Source: Felis catus
Taxonomy: Eukaryota
Assembly (NCBI RefSeq): GCF_018350175.1
Contig: NC_058368.1
Span: forward strand, 150,848,001-150,912,000
Length of the DNA: 64,000 nt
Direction of reading: 5' to 3'
Shown here in pieces: positions 1 through 14,269 of this stretch (positions are counted from its first letter, which is position 1; each line of letters opens with the position of its first letter). The translations under genes and the position numbers were made by a program. Under the pieces are notes generated by a model, which worked only from the letters and a program-made list of their open reading frames with translations, had not been told where the DNA came from and ran no database searches.

Positions 1-94
1 AGAAATGTGTCACCACAAGCAACTGTTACGTGTTCCCATAAAGTTTAACTTTCAAAAAGCTTTTGCTATTTTATAAGACTTAGCTTCTTACTTT

Positions 95-322
95 GTTTAA
101 AAAAAATGTAATGTTTATTTTTGAGAGAGAGAGAGACACAGAGAGAGAGACAGAGGGCAAGTGGGGAAGGAGCAGAGTGAGAGGGGGACACAGAAACTGA
201 AACAGGCTCCAGGTTCTGAGCTGTCACAACGAAGCCCGACGCGGGGCTTGAACCCATGAACCGCGAGATCATGACCTGAGCCAAAGTTGGACAGTCAACA
301 GACATAGCCACTCAGGTGCCCC
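95..322 (-). mobile_element. Can-SINE
   Basis: tRNA-derived head, (CT)n tract and A-tail on the minus strand; TSD ttagcttcttacttt at 80-94 and 323-337. Confidence 0.95.
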
Positions 323-360
323 TTAGCTTCTTACTTTTAATCTCATATTGCAGTTGGGGA

Positions 361-389
361 AAAAAGGAAAAAGAAAGAGAAGAAAGAAA

Positions 390-457
<68 letters not shown>

Positions 458-470
458 AGAAAGAAAGGAG
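361..470 (+). repeat. (GAAA)n microsatellite
   Basis: Read directly. Confidence 0.98.
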
Positions 471-2246
471 GGAGGAAGGAAATAAAATTAGCACTGTTCT
501 GCTATGTTGCTGTGTTGTCATGGATACATAAGCATGGAACATGACTACGACCAGTAAGTAAACAAGATTCTCAAAGAGCACTTGGTAGGATATACTAACC
601 TTGTAGTATTATTGGCCGCAGAGAACTTTAAATAAGCAAATGGTTTGTGGCTTTAAAATGACACATATCAGTGGAAGGAAAGAAGCTAGACTAATATCCA
701 CTTTCTGTATGTGTTCATTCAATAATTTTTAGAGTAATTTAAAATTGCATAATGCCCTTTTTTCTTTACTTTCATATTACATATCAACTATTCTTGTATC
801 GTGAACATTGTCGTTAGAATGATCAGCTTCTGTTTTCTATGGCTATCATAGTACTTTACAAGTACTAATTTTTATAATGGGAATAAAACATGTTCTTTAT
901 GCTTATAGGGGTCTTTCAAGCAGGTATTAGGAAGACTACATTTAACATCACAGCCTTTAATGATTTTTCATTTTTGTGTTTATTTGTTATTTCCTTGAAA
1001 GCAAAGTTTACTACGCATTCAGACTAAAAAGTTAAAGTTTCACTGTAACAATGAAAACAGGGTGCTTGATTATAACAAATCAGTGTCTTATAAGGATGAG
1101 GGGATGGCAATTAAAACCTTTACGTTTGTATTTCAAAAGAGAGGAAAAATACATAGATTATTTAGAATGGACGGCTTAGTTCTGTGTATTAAAGTTAGCA
1201 GGAATAAAAGTTTGTCCCAAAATTAATTTTGCCAACTTGAATGTGATGGAAAACATTCTGATAATCGAGATAGCTTAAACTGTAAACATGTTTACCACAG
1301 ACTAATGGGTTATTAGGTCTGTGTGCATCCTGTGAAAAAAACCTTGCACACATTGTTTTTGGGGCAAGTTTCTCCTCTATGTAGTTACAGAAAGATCCCA
1401 AAGCAGGACATTTTACACATTCCACTGGGCTTTTTTAGTTTTTTGTTTGAATGAATGTATCAACAATTTGAAAAGTTGCCCAAAAAACTCAACTAGTGAG
1501 TTTTGCAAACTTTGTTTCAAATATGCATAAAGCCATGCAGATTAGGAAAAGAATAACTGTATTCCATTACAGAGAAGAATGGAAGCTGGTATATTATATT
1601 CAAAGAGTCTGAGTATTGTACAATTTTATAAATTATCCTACTCTAATTCTCACAGTGAAGAATAATTAATCTGGGGGGTGGAAGGAGGGAATGGGGTTAG
1701 TACCCTAACAAAGGTAAAAACCTCGCTGAAATGCATATGTGCAAATGTAAAGATTCTGCAATAAACCTGAGTCTACAAAAATGGCATGTGAAAATACAGA
1801 TTTGTTTCTCATCATTCCAAATAGATCTTCTCGATTTAATCTGTGAAAGATTGTTACACTGCAGGCCTCCATGAGAACTACCGCAGTTCCTTGAGGGGAC
1901 CGTCTTATTTCTATTTCCCAGATCCGTGTTTTCTCCTTTCTCAACTATTTTAAGAATTGTAAGTAAGCAGGGCTCTAAAATTCAAGTTCAGTGTGCACAG
2001 AGTTAATTTAAATTTGATAACAAATGGCTCTGCTTTTGAAATGAATGTAGCCTGGCAACTTCAACTGGGAACCCTTCAGAGGGCCTCAATTATGTATGCA
2101 GCTTCTTTGAGAAATAGTTTCACACCTCTGACCCAAGGACCACTATGTTGTTGCCATGAAATAAAACTGTACGTAGGCATTGTTTCATTTCTGTACCCGC
2201 TATACACTGCCAGACTCCACTCCCTTCTCCCACCCTGCGCGTGCAT

Positions 2247-2248
<2 letters not shown>

Positions 2249-2286
<38 letters not shown>
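2249..2286 (+). repeat. (CA)n microsatellite
   Basis: Read directly. Confidence 0.98.
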
Positions 2287-2287
<1 letters not shown>

Positions 2288-5200
2288 ACACCACAATCTC
2301 TCCCTCTCAAATTCCTTTATTGTCATTCTGCTCTATTTTTTCTAGTAGAGTGAATGCATCAATATAATTATCGTAAGCATAATGGCCCCTGATTACTTTT
2401 TTTTGTTATAAAAATATTCTGATTCTAACTGCCAAACTGTTCCAGTCAAAATCAGGAGTGGGAAACCTAGGATAAGTAAAGGGTTAAACCACCCACACCA
2501 TTCCATTTTTTTTTCAAAATGGCTGCTTTGTCTGTGTGCATACACCAATAGCAAATGTCCTTCTGTTATTGTACAGCCAATTTGATGTGTCAAGTATTCA
2601 TATGCTAATAACGGTACAGTTTCTCACTTTTTCACAGATAAATGGTAAAGATTGTTACAGACAGTGAAACACAAGAATAAACAGCTTTTATTTCAGACGC
2701 GATAAATTACTTTCCATTCAAATAACATGCGACACACGCTGCTGACCATTTTGTTTCTATTCACTGTTAGTTTGCCTTCTGGGTGTGTTTTTTTTAGAAT
2801 AGTTTGAAAATATTTAACAGATATGGACAGAGTTGTTACTAAAGACTTGATTGCATTAATTTGCCTTGTAGTCATTTCAATCCCTTGAAGTTCATTTTTA
2901 TGCTCGGTTATTACAGGCGGAGAAAGTTTGTTGGAAAATCTGACACTGTTTCCCTAACATGGTACAATCAAGTCTTTTTAAAGCTTGGTAATGATAGTAT
3001 CTGAAGAATGGAGATCTTCCTTTCCAGGTTAGCAGAAATGTCATTTAGTAAATAAAATCCCTTGCTAAGAATATCACCTAAAAACAGGCAGTTGAAGGAA
3101 ATGGAGGTTATTCTGTCAGAACAAAGTGGAATCATTTTGGTTTTCTGAGACATAAATATGTCCTTCACAAAAGGCTGAGTAGGTTAAATATATATGATTA
3201 AACCATACTGGTATATTGTTAGGACAGACAAATTAATGCAAAAACGGGGGCAAAGAGTGCTGAGTAACAGATAATTAGCCAGTCCTCAGAGGAAAAATTT
3301 TAAAAGAATGTACTCATGGACTTGCATGCATTGATGACAGAGTTGTAAATCAAAAGAGATATTTCTGATTCACTTTTCATCAATTTAACAAAAATATGCT
3401 TTTATACTCGAGTCGTAATACTTCCTTTTAGGAAAGAAAACTTAGAAATAAACTGATGATTTTTCTAACTACTTCCTCAATTCACTTTCCTGTGTCAAGA
3501 TCATTTGCCTGAGTGTTACACATGACCACCATTTAGCTTATATCTGGTCCTCTGTAACCGTTACCTATGCATGGTTTAGTGGCTACTTTTCATGGGAAGG
3601 CATACAAAATAAAAAATAAAGACGAAAACATAGCTGGACTCACTAGGCTGAAAGATCACGGCTTTTTAAAAGTAGGTCACACGAAAGTGTTTTTTTTCCG
3701 AATCACTCGAAATTAAATGCACGCACGTACATGCGTGCACGCACACACAAAGATATCCAGCCACAATCACATGAGAGAATTTTCAGAAGTACAGGCCTTG
3801 ATCATGTAATAGTCTGCCTTGAGACATTAAGAATTCCGAAGGTAACTATGACATCAGGTCAATGAGGCTGCAGCTCCCTAATAGCGTAATCAGCAGATTG
3901 CAAATTTTTACGTAATTCTAGCACAAAAGCTAGCCATTTAAAGGCAGTACTATAATCTCAGACCTTTCCTCTGAACTCCAAAATACCAGAGATGACGATT
4001 ATATCATATCAATGAGGAATAATGAACACCGAGTGACCACTTTTATATCAAACATGGACAATCAAGGGGTTTTCTACTACAGGTCTATACAAGGAAGCTA
4101 ATAAAACTTATTCCCCTCTCTTCCCCTCTGATGCCATTGTTAAACTTATAAATTAATAAGGCCACTTTCAATATTTATTTTAAGTCTTTTATATATGTTA
4201 ACATCGTTTTGCTACAAGAAGAGTAGTTAATGGCAGATGAGATGCTACTAATTTTTACTTTAGGGGACACCCATCAAAAAGTGACTGTAAGCCAATTTAC
4301 CAAAATTGAAACAAAGTAGGACACCAGTAACTATTTCAAGAATTAATTGAAAATGTGATATATGCCACATAAGCTGCATTACTCAGATTGTGTTATTAAT
4401 TTAAATGTTTCTTAACTAATTAGAGACTAAATGGAGAACTTTTTCCTCATTGTTTCTTTTCTTCTCCCATCTAGTCTCTCTTTATCTATGTAAATACAAT
4501 TAGGTGTCACAGCTCTTTCTCATCTGTATTTTCTCCCTGTTAATTCTTGTCTTTAGTGTAATTAGCACCTTGGACACAAGCACAGGAATACACAACAGGA
4601 GTTTACTTTCTTAGCCGATTTCCATATTGTTTCCATCACTGCACCCTCAAACGCTATTTTCATTTGTTTTGGGAGCTGCCTTTTTAAGTACGGAGATTTA
4701 AATCACCAACTCCAATTTTATATAGTGGACACGTGGTTACTAAGGACTAGTATGGAAGGTGTCAGCTACATGTAATATTTGCTCTTTCATAATATACTCC
4801 TTCATTTAAACTCCAGGCAAAGTGATCTGCGTTCAGATAGTGAGTGGCATTCCACCCTTACTCACAATGGGTTCATTATAACTGAGGTTTCAATTAAAAA
4901 CAAACAGAACAGAGTGCCAAAATTCGAGGGGCTGCTAATGGGCCAGAGGAAACAGGCTTTTTTTCTTCTTGTCTCAGAAGGTACAGGTTTTAGGCGTATA
5001 TCATAAAACATTCTGCAATTCACCCTGGCTGCCTAATTTTGAGAGAAGAACTGTAATTTTCTTTTTCAAAAGTATGAGAATTGTGTTGTGAGTTTTTGGG
5101 TTTACCTGTAGACAACTTTTCTCACTCATTTCTACTCTCTGCCACAAGTTTTCAGCCTGTCACTTAAAAGGAAAAGTATTATATAGGCAGGGGGAGCAAA

Positions 5201-6569
5201 AACATGAAGGCATGGTTGAGTGTCACACAAAGTCACTGAGCTTCTCAGTTCCATGAGTAAAATTATGTTCAAGGACTGAGGATACTCTCTGCCTGGAATT
5301 GCCCACATCGGCAGCTGCCAGCTGAAGGAAACAGGGTAACAGGCTTACTTGTCTTTCTTGTAATCAAATCAACCACGCGGGGTTTCATGAGACTTTGGCA
5401 CAAATGACATTCTACAAAAATACATTATCTGTACTCGTGTGGCCTCAGATACATATTTCTTGGGTGTCTGTAGATGTAGTAGTGTTTTGGAGCATGGTAC
5501 CAGGTTAGATCATTATTACACACAGAAAGGCAAATGGGGACTGAAGGCAACAATTGACATAAATCGGGTGGGAAAACAAAACCCTCACACCTGACCTTAA
5601 ATATCTGTATATTTTAAGCAAGAGACTTATTTCACCTTCATCTAGAAGCTGATTTAATTTTGGATTTTTTTTTCTCCACAGGCTCTATGTTATTAAAATA
5701 TTGTAAATTTAGAGATGTGTGATTATAAATTGTGTCTCAAATAAACAAACTGCAGTGTGAATTTAAGTCCATGACTATTAGGATAAGAAAACATTTCCAT
5801 TAAAACCAAATCTGCAAATGTCACATGAAGTGAAGAATTGAGGCATTATCTTTCTAACGCAAACTCTGCAGTGACTCCTGAAATAGGCAGTTGGGGCCCA
5901 AGTGATCTAGATCATTGTCTTAACTATTCACTTTATTTGTATAGATCCATTCTGGCCAACTCTATCTAAACAGATTCACCGGTGGTGTAAGATTCATTAA
6001 ACAGGGTGAACTTCACACACAAGCATGTCCCTCACTCTTTCAGACTGAGATTTTCTGCATCTGTTTTTGGAGTCGCAAAATCCCTACCAGGAGAGATTCC
6101 CTCATAGGCGTAAGCAGCAAGAGATCAGGTTCCTATGTCCAGTGTTTGCCATATATAAAACTGATGACTTTGGTGGTTTGGGCTATAAAATGAAAGTCAC
6201 TTTTTTTCTTCTACTCAGTCAGGGGAGTGACGAATACTGGTGAGTCAACAACAAAGGAGAGCAGGGCTAGTGAACAGAGAGTAGGGGCCTTCTCTGATGG
6301 CTCCCACACTGATGCTCCACCCTGGATAGCTCATTAGGGTACTCAGCAGCATACAAAGAGTCTTTTAAATAAAGCTTCCTTGTTCCAAAAGAGTGTATTC
6401 ATCACCTCATGCATATCCAGGAAGGGAAGGCTCTTTCCCTGGACTCTGAATGAAATAACCTGTAATCATTTGTACAGAGATGTTGCTAAACGTATTTGTA
6501 AGCTCAAAGAAGTCCTCATTCATTGGAACAGGAACAACCCCAGAAGAAATGGATTTTCCCAAGAGTACC

Positions 6570-6571
<2 letters not shown>

Positions 6572-6608
<37 letters not shown>
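6572..6608 (+). repeat. Poly-T tract
   Basis: Read directly. Confidence 0.98.
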
Positions 6609-6610
<2 letters not shown>

Positions 6611-8469
6611 TGTTAGTACCTTCGTAACCTATTGGACTGAGGACACTGTGGGAACAGTCTAGAGAGACTTTGCCCTTTACACAGAGAGAAAGAATCTAAA
6701 GGACAGGAGCCTTGTGACAAAAAAAAAGAAAGAAAGAATGAAAGAAAGAAAAGGACAAAAGTGACTCATGGCCATCCAATGGAGCAGGCACCTAACTAAG
6801 CAATAATTACATCTTTTCCACGATTCAGTCACAGACTCGATTTTGGCACAGAGTGTTAGTGTGTGAAATTGAGAGTTACTCTAAATAGAAGGGAAGCCCA
6901 GGAACACAAGGTAGCATTCGTGACTTGGATTATGTTAAAGGCAACATGGCACTTTGAGTTAGATGAACTAGATTCATTTATGTCTTGGCCATGGCAGGCT
7001 GTGCTGCTTTCCTCTTTTAGGCTTGAAGTTAAAAAGCTATAGGATTAGTCTTACCTGCCAGAAAGAACAATGGGCTAAAGTGACACAAGCCAGGAGACCT
7101 TTCTCAAATAAATGATGCCGTGCTCAATTTACAATAGCTTGAAAATAACAGTAATTATTACAGGTGGAGAAGGAGACATTCTACAGCACGGTGCTGAAAA
7201 GTCGCAAACCTTCCAGGACTGGCAAAAACTCCTACAGAGGTTCTCAAGTTCAAGTGCACGTAAAGGACTCAAATCATGCGAGTGATCTCGCATGGGTGCA
7301 ATCTCCAGTGATCAAGAACGTACTTTAGAAAAATCGTTCCATTAATTTAATTTGGGACTGGATTTAGCAACTTCTTTTGGCTGCTCCAATACACAGTGAT
7401 GTTACGAATCAACTCCTGTTTTTTCATCGTTGAGGCCAGTAGCACGTAAGAGTGCTTGAGGAGAATCAGAATGCAGATACATACTTTATATGTCATTTTT
7501 AGATTGAAAACTTACAATATTCTTGTTAAAAATAATTGTTTAGGGCAGTATTGATCAATTGTCTTCATTTTTGGATAAGCTCCAAAGCAATTCTAATGGA
7601 AGAGCGAGGCATTCTCTGCAGTGTCCTCCTGCTGCCTGGGCCTGAAGGGCGCTGCTGTTGCAGAAATTTCACCTGCCCACCCTACCTGCACGTCTTTACT
7701 TCCAGGAAGGAGAGTTTTGCACTTGAGCAGATGCTTTACATTAGCAGCTGGACAAGTTATTGGCTAATATTTATCAACGTTCTTATACCAACTCAGCACA
7801 CATACTCTTGAGGCAATGTGAAGCACGACAGAATTAAACATTCAGTTGTTATCTTGCTATTTACATTTTGCCGTAATTAGAAAGGAGACATCAATGAAGA
7901 CTCTAGATGTAACTCTAATTCTAAATTTCAGTTAAATGTTCATTTTTCGATACCAAGGAAACTAATTAATCCTTAAACCATGTTGCTGCCTGAATACTGG
8001 GAAGACTGGGAGAATAAATTCAGTGCTAATAAATTAAATATGTTTGGATACAACACACGTGTATATGTAGTTATAGCTGCAAGTAAATGTACATGTTGAA
8101 ATAGATACATAGAGAGTAGAGATATAGTATTTTGTTATGTTAACTTTAAATATAGATTCTATTTCAATTATAGATCTTAAAGTCTGTCCACCTATGTAAA
8201 AAGGAAGAAAATCAGCAACCACTCATTTATTTTTATTTGGGAAATAAATCCTTACTGAGTTCCTAAAACTTGGATTAGTTGCTACTCGTTGTGGATGTTT
8301 GTATGAGTGTGGATAAGAAATCCTATTCTCAATGCCTGAACAACTGAAAAGTATTAGGTTTTACACGTGCAAATTTTTATTCTAACATTGTTATTGGGAT
8401 AACAATAATACTAGAAACTGTAAATGTGAGCTGCTAACGAAGAATGCACATAACTTTAAACAATCATAA

Positions 8470-8675
8470 TATTATTTTTTTATCTTTTTAAAAGTTTATT
8501 TATTTACTTTGAGAGAGAGCATGAACAAGGGAGGGGCAGAGAGAGAGGGAGACAAAGTCCCAAGCACTGACAGTGCAGAGCCAGATTCAACGCTCCAACC
8601 CACAAACCGTGAGATCATAACCTGAGCCAAAACCAAGAGTCTGACGCTTAACCAACTGAGCTGCCCAGGCTCCTG
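8470..8675 (-). mobile_element. Can-SINE
   Basis: Can-SINE body; TSD aacaatcataa at 8459-8469 and 8678-8688. Confidence 0.9.
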
Positions 8676-9979
8676 TGAACAATCATAACTTTAAAGAATC
8701 GTATGACTTTGAGAGCACAAATAAATTTCTCTTGGACTTCTCTCCTAGCTCAATGACAAAAAAAGGTAAGAAGGGGTTTTTGTTTTGTTTTGTTCTTTTA
8801 AGAAATTCAATAGGCACAAAAGAACTGCCTCTTGTCCAGTAGCTTTTGGATGTCTGAAAGGGGAACACAGCTAACAATAGGAAATATTTTCCTCAGTGAC
8901 TTAAGAACCCACCTGGAGGAGGCACTGAGAGGAAGTGAGGAAGACTAATGGAGATGACTGTGGGAGCTCAATATGTAAATGGCTTGTGTAAAGCCGAAGG
9001 GAAAAAGGAACCCATATTCTCAATTGCCTTGCACCACACAAACACATGGCCCCAAAATCTTCTCACATAACTTTCTAAGGTGGATACCATGAGAAAGAGA
9101 TACCACAGGAGCATAGGGGGATAAAGCCCCAAACCCAAAGCTCCATTTTTGCAGGGAAGAAGAAATCCTGATCCCTTAAACTGACAAAACAGCTGGAAAC
9201 AGCTGAATGTTTTTTAATGTTTTTAATATAGACAATTGTCTGCAGTTGTGTTTTTATTAAAATCAACTCCAAGACTGGCAAAGGTATTTTAAACACTAAA
9301 ATCCTAAAATTCTTTTGGGTTGTGTTCACTCATTTTCCGAATCAATCATAAAACTTTTAAATACAAAGCTGAATTTAAACCCAGATGATGAAAATAATGG
9401 AAATATCTTTCCGAGACTGGAAGTACATATACTTTGGAAGCTAGCTACCTCTTATTAATAATACATTCAAATATAGGAAGTATTATAACATGCAAAGTCT
9501 TCCAACTAAAAGAGCTTTCCCGGAGGTATCTAATTTAGAGACAGTGTTGTTAACAATGTTGACATTTAGGTGGCCATAGCTAAAGCATTGCAAAGAACAT
9601 TCCATTACAATAAATGTGAAAAACGACAACTTTTCTTGGTGTTCAACTTAACAGAGTATAAGTGTGTTGGTTGACGTGTGAAGGTTGAAATAACTAGAAA
9701 TGACTTTCATAACTAGAAAGTTTACCTGGTAATTTGAACAAAAGGGGCTCTTAGAGAAAAGCTTTCAATACAAGGGGACTACAATATCAAGGGGAAATTT
9801 ATGGCATACCAAGTCTATTTCCCTGAGCTTCATATCTGAAACCAGGGTTAGCTGTACAAGCCCATGCTTTCTCCTTCACAGAACTAGTCCACTTCTGCGA
9901 CTCCAGCCCTAGTGTGTTATAAGACTATTATAATTTGATGCTCCATGAGATTAGACACGATTCTATACCGGAGTGGATC

Positions 9980-10640
9980 ACATCATCCACAATGCCTTTA
10001 CCCACTCGAGCCACCACCCTCAAAGAAATTCCAAACTTTCTCCCCTGTCTGACAAACTATTATATTCCTGTTGGATCACCTGATAAGTACAGGTCTTAAT
10101 ATTCTGTAGTAACTCGCTTCTTGACCTTTAATCCATGATTGTCATCATACTCAGGTTATACCCAAATTATTGACATTCCTCGAAGCTGTTCTCTTTCTCC
10201 ACTCTATTCAGCTCTAGAAGCCACTGACAAGTTAATCCCCCAGAACTTCACTTTTAGTTGGTAATTCTTCAGCTAAAAATCCTAAGTATCTATTCATTGC
10301 CTCTTAAGCCTGGGAAACACGGACTCCCACAAGCAACTTATTTCCTCTTTCTTCTCATCACCATTGCCTGACTATAACTTCCAAGGCCCAAGTCTCTGAA
10401 CATGCCAGGCCATTCCCAGCTCTCCTTTTTTACACAGCCCACTACCCACCCGCCACCCTTTCCTACCCTCTTTGCTTTAATATCCCACTAGACTACATTC
10501 CTTTATGTATATTTTGCTGACAACGTTAGTCTCGTCTGTCTTTTATCTTACTTCATATATAAGTGTCATCAGGGCAGGGACCTTGCAATTCAGAAATTAC
10601 CTGTGGGGCTTCATCCACTGGAATTAATCAATATTTCTAA
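9980..10640 (+). mobile_element. L2 remnant
   Basis: Degenerate pyrimidine-rich L2-like sequence ending agggcagggaccttg...aatatttc. Confidence 0.4.
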
Positions 10641-10785
10641 TTTGTTAATTTCATTACAGGAAAACATTTTACACTGTTATGATTTCAAAAAGCAGCGAGA
10701 CCTTAAAAAGTAATGTAAAATGGCACTTTACCAATTAAATCATTATTTAACATAGAGTAGAGCTGACTGATTAAAGGAAACTTTT

Positions 10786-11005
10786 TTTTTTTAATTTTTT
10801 TTCAATGTTTATTTATTTTTGGGACAGAGAGAGACACAGCATGAACGGGGGAGGGGCAGAGAGAGAGGGAGACACAGAATCGGAAACAGGTTCCAGGCTC
10901 TGAGCCATCAGCCCAGAGCCCGACGCGGGGCTCGAACTCATGGACCGCGAGATCGTGACCTGGCTGAGGTCGGACGCCCAACCGACTGCGCCACCCAGGC
11001 GCCCC
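10786..11005 (-). mobile_element. Young feline-type Can-SINE (SINEC_Fc-like)
   Basis: CpG-rich; TSD taaaggaaactttt at 10772-10785 and 11006-11019. Confidence 0.95.
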
Positions 11006-11032
11006 TAAAGGAAACTTTTAAAAATAAAAATA

Positions 11033-11245
11033 GGGGCGCCTGGGTGGCTCAGTCGGTTAGGCGGCCGACTTTGGCTCAGGTCATGATCTCGCGGTCCCTG
11101 AGTTCCAGCCCCGCGTCGGGCTCTGTGCTGACGGCTCAGAGCCTGGAGCCTGTTTCAGATTCTGTGTCTGCCTCTGTCTGACCCTCCCCGTTCATGCTCT
11201 GTCTCTCTCTGTCTCAAAAATAAATAAACGTAAAAAAATTTTTTT
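11033..11245 (+). mobile_element. Can-SINE
   Basis: ggggcgcctgggtggctcagtcggttag head, (CT)n tract, caaaaataaataaacg tail. Confidence 0.95.
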
Positions 11246-11334
11246 AAATAAAAATAAAATCATAATGTTAATAATCATTAGCAGATAGATATATTTGGTT
11301 TGCTAGAAACTTAAATATTCACAAAAAAGTTTTT

Positions 11335-11534
11335 AATTTTTATATATTTAAGAGAGAGAGCGAGAAAGAGAGAAGATGTGACCACAGGGTGGGGAGAAGG
11401 GGCAGAGAGGGAGCGAGAGAGAATCCCAGGCAGGCTCTACACATTCGGGGCTCAAACCCATGAACCGGGAGATCATGGCCTGAGCTGAAACCAAGAGTTG
11501 GACGATTAACTGACTGAGCCACCCAGTGTGCCCC
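11335..11534 (-). mobile_element. Can-SINE (older)
   Basis: gagatcatggcctgagctgaaaccaagagttggacg...gagccacccag; degenerate TSD. Confidence 0.9.
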
Positions 11535-11842
11535 TTACAAATAAGTTTTAAATATTGAATCATAAGGTATAATATTCAACAACTCCATGATCTGATTAAA
11601 TTTGGAAGTTAAGCATACACTTCATAGGAGAAATTACTATTCATCAGAAATTATGTTTAGATTATATTTTAATTTTAAAGATTTTAGTGATAATAATGAT
11701 ACAATATTTAATAATTTTAATAAAATTTTAGTGATAAAAATTAACATTTTTATAATAGACTTCTAAAAAACTCACTTTCAAATACATTATTTAAATTGGC
11801 CTTCATAACAACATTTTAAGATAGTAAAGAATGGAATTCCCA

Positions 11843-12070
11843 ATTTTATTTTATTTATTTATTTTTTTAATGTTTATTTATTTTTGAGAGACAGAGAGAG
11901 ACAGAGCACAAGTGGGGAAGGAGCAGAGAGAGGGAGACGCAGAATCTGAAGCAGGCTCCAGGCTCTGAGATGTCAGCACAGAGCCGGATGTGGGGCTTGA
12001 ACTCATGGACCGTGAGATCATGACCTGAGCCAAAGTCGGCGCTTAACCGACGGAGCCACCCAGGCACCCC
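11843..12070 (-). mobile_element. Can-SINE
   Basis: Full body; TSD ggaattccca on both sides. Confidence 0.95.
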
Positions 12071-13374
12071 GGAATTCCCATTTTAGAGATGAAAAAACTA
12101 AAATCAAAGAACTACATATATACATAAGCTAATTTGATTCTCAACATTGAAGGCTTACTGTTCCTGTTTTTTTATTGTAGAGAAGAAACAACTGAGCTTG
12201 TGAGAAGTTAATTTATGTGTCCATAGCCACTACATTGTAAAGTAGCACATTTGTGATTTATAAATCCCAGTCTGTCTAATTCCAAAGTCTCTGTCTTTCC
12301 ATAGTTCTCCCAACATGTACCATGTTATAGCACAAAGAACACATACCATGACTGGGAATAAAAATATTTTTTATTGAGTATCTACTTAACATATCAGACT
12401 TTGTCATTTATCTTGATAATCCTTACAAGTAGTTTTATTTAGAGTATGAGTTTTTAATGGCATTTGATGTATGGCAGGCGTTACATTAGCAGATGGGGAT
12501 AAAAGTTTGAGAATACAGATGACAAAACACAGGACAATCCCACCTACTAATAGGTGGGAGACAGGATTTGAAACTGTATCTATAAGAATCCAGAGATTCA
12601 CATAAAATTTTCCTTCTAACTTTAATCATTGCCAAAAGAAAATATAAAATCTGTATCTATTTGTATAACTTTACTGAAATTTTCTCACAAGTATAATTTT
12701 CATGATTTTTTTTTTGCATGAGATGATTATAAATTATGAGCCTATAAAGCTTTGATTCTCCATTAAATACTATGTTGGGAATGTAATAATTGGATTCTCT
12801 TTCCTCCGTTGACTATTCCAGGACCAGCTAGCTATTCTGGTGTTGAAAATTATTCTTTGTTAGCTAAACTTTTTTGCATACAACTTCAATTATGTTATCA
12901 TTTGAAGTTATTATGATTTAACCACACTGGATTTTATATTACTATATTGGTAAGAAACATCATTCTGTCTGCAAAATGTTTGAGTTACAAAGCACAATAT
13001 GTGAAGAAGAAAAACACTTTTTTTGACATTTGCCACTTTCCTGGCACCCAGTTCAAATATGAGAAGGTCAAATTATGTTGGAGTGCCTCTAACTCCAGTG
13101 AAGTATATTTTATGAAAGCAATCTCCATGGCTGGATCATAATGTATATATATTTCCTAAATAACCAGAAAATAGTTGTATTTAGTTGACAAGAATGCAGA
13201 TAAACGAGAAAAAAAACCTTGAATTGTAATCCTGATTCTATTAAAAACTTGCTGTATGACCTTAAGCAAAAAAACTCTGAACCTCAGTTTCCTTTTTTTT
13301 AAATAAGATAATGGTGGCATTAACTTCTACCTATGTAAAAATGGGAGGTGTACACCTTAAAAATAAACATTAAT

Positions 13375-13623
13375 AGGCGCCTGTGTCTCAGTCTGTTGAG
13401 CATCTGACTCTTGATTTCGGCTCAGGTCATGATCTCACGGTTATGAGATGGAGCCCCACTGACATTGCAGAGCCTGCTTGGGATTGTCCTCTCTCTCTCT
13501 CTCTCTCTCTCTCTCCCCAACTCTCCCCCCCCTTACTCTTCCCCCCACCCCACCCCCCGGCTCACACATGCACGTACACTAGTGCTCTCTCTCTCTTTCA
13601 AAATAAATAAACTTAAAAAAAAA
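13375..13623 (+). mobile_element. Can-SINE with expanded CT/C-rich tract
   Basis: ggcgcctgtgtctcagtctgttgagcatctgactcttgatttcggctcaggtcatgatctc; TSD aaac(a/c)ttaata. Confidence 0.9.
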
Positions 13624-13988
13624 CCTTAATACTAAGAAATCTACTGTGCCACTTTAGAAAAGAGCACCATATACCAGTTCAGTTTATATTAGTCTTCCAG
13701 ATAAGTTAGACACAGCTGAGGAGCTAAAGAAGCAAAGAAGAAGCCAAAGCAGAAAACGTTGTTTCCAGACATTTCTATACTTCATTAAACGATCATGGGC
13801 AGGTTATTTAGATTCTCTCTGTCCAGGTGTGTCCTTCTGAGGTGTAGGAAGCTGTGAGAATCTCTTTCCCTATTTTTCCTTTTGTTGTTGTTGTTTAATT
13901 CTCCCAACCCTGGAAAAATGAACTATCTTGAAAAGCTCCAAATAGTCTCATCAGTAATTTTACAATAATTAAAATCATATAAAATCTT

Positions 13989-14043
13989 TCTTCCTTCCTT
14001 CCTTCCTTCCTTCCTTCCTTCCTTCCTTCCTTCCCTATTGTGT

Positions 14044-14082
<39 letters not shown>
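13989..14082 (+). repeat. (CTTC)n followed by (GTT)n
   Basis: Read directly. Confidence 0.97.
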
Positions 14083-14269
14083 TACAGTTCAGTGGCTATA
14101 AAGCTTTGGTCTAGAGTAAACAAAATCAACTCAACTCAGTGAGAAATTTTAAAAGTCAAATTGGCCATTTTATATTGTATAGACTTCCTGACCCATTAAT
14201 TTGCTGACTTATGTGTGAGGTTTGCATTTATTTATTTCCTTATTTTATCCTACTTTTCTAAAGCCAGAC

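Noticed and set aside
312..581. Low-complexity KERK/FFLS ORFs (also 37249-37576 and 56507-56860)
   Set aside because: Translations of microsatellites.
6572..6665. Poly-T plus AG as a splice acceptor
   Set aside because: No convincing downstream donor or recognisable coding sequence.
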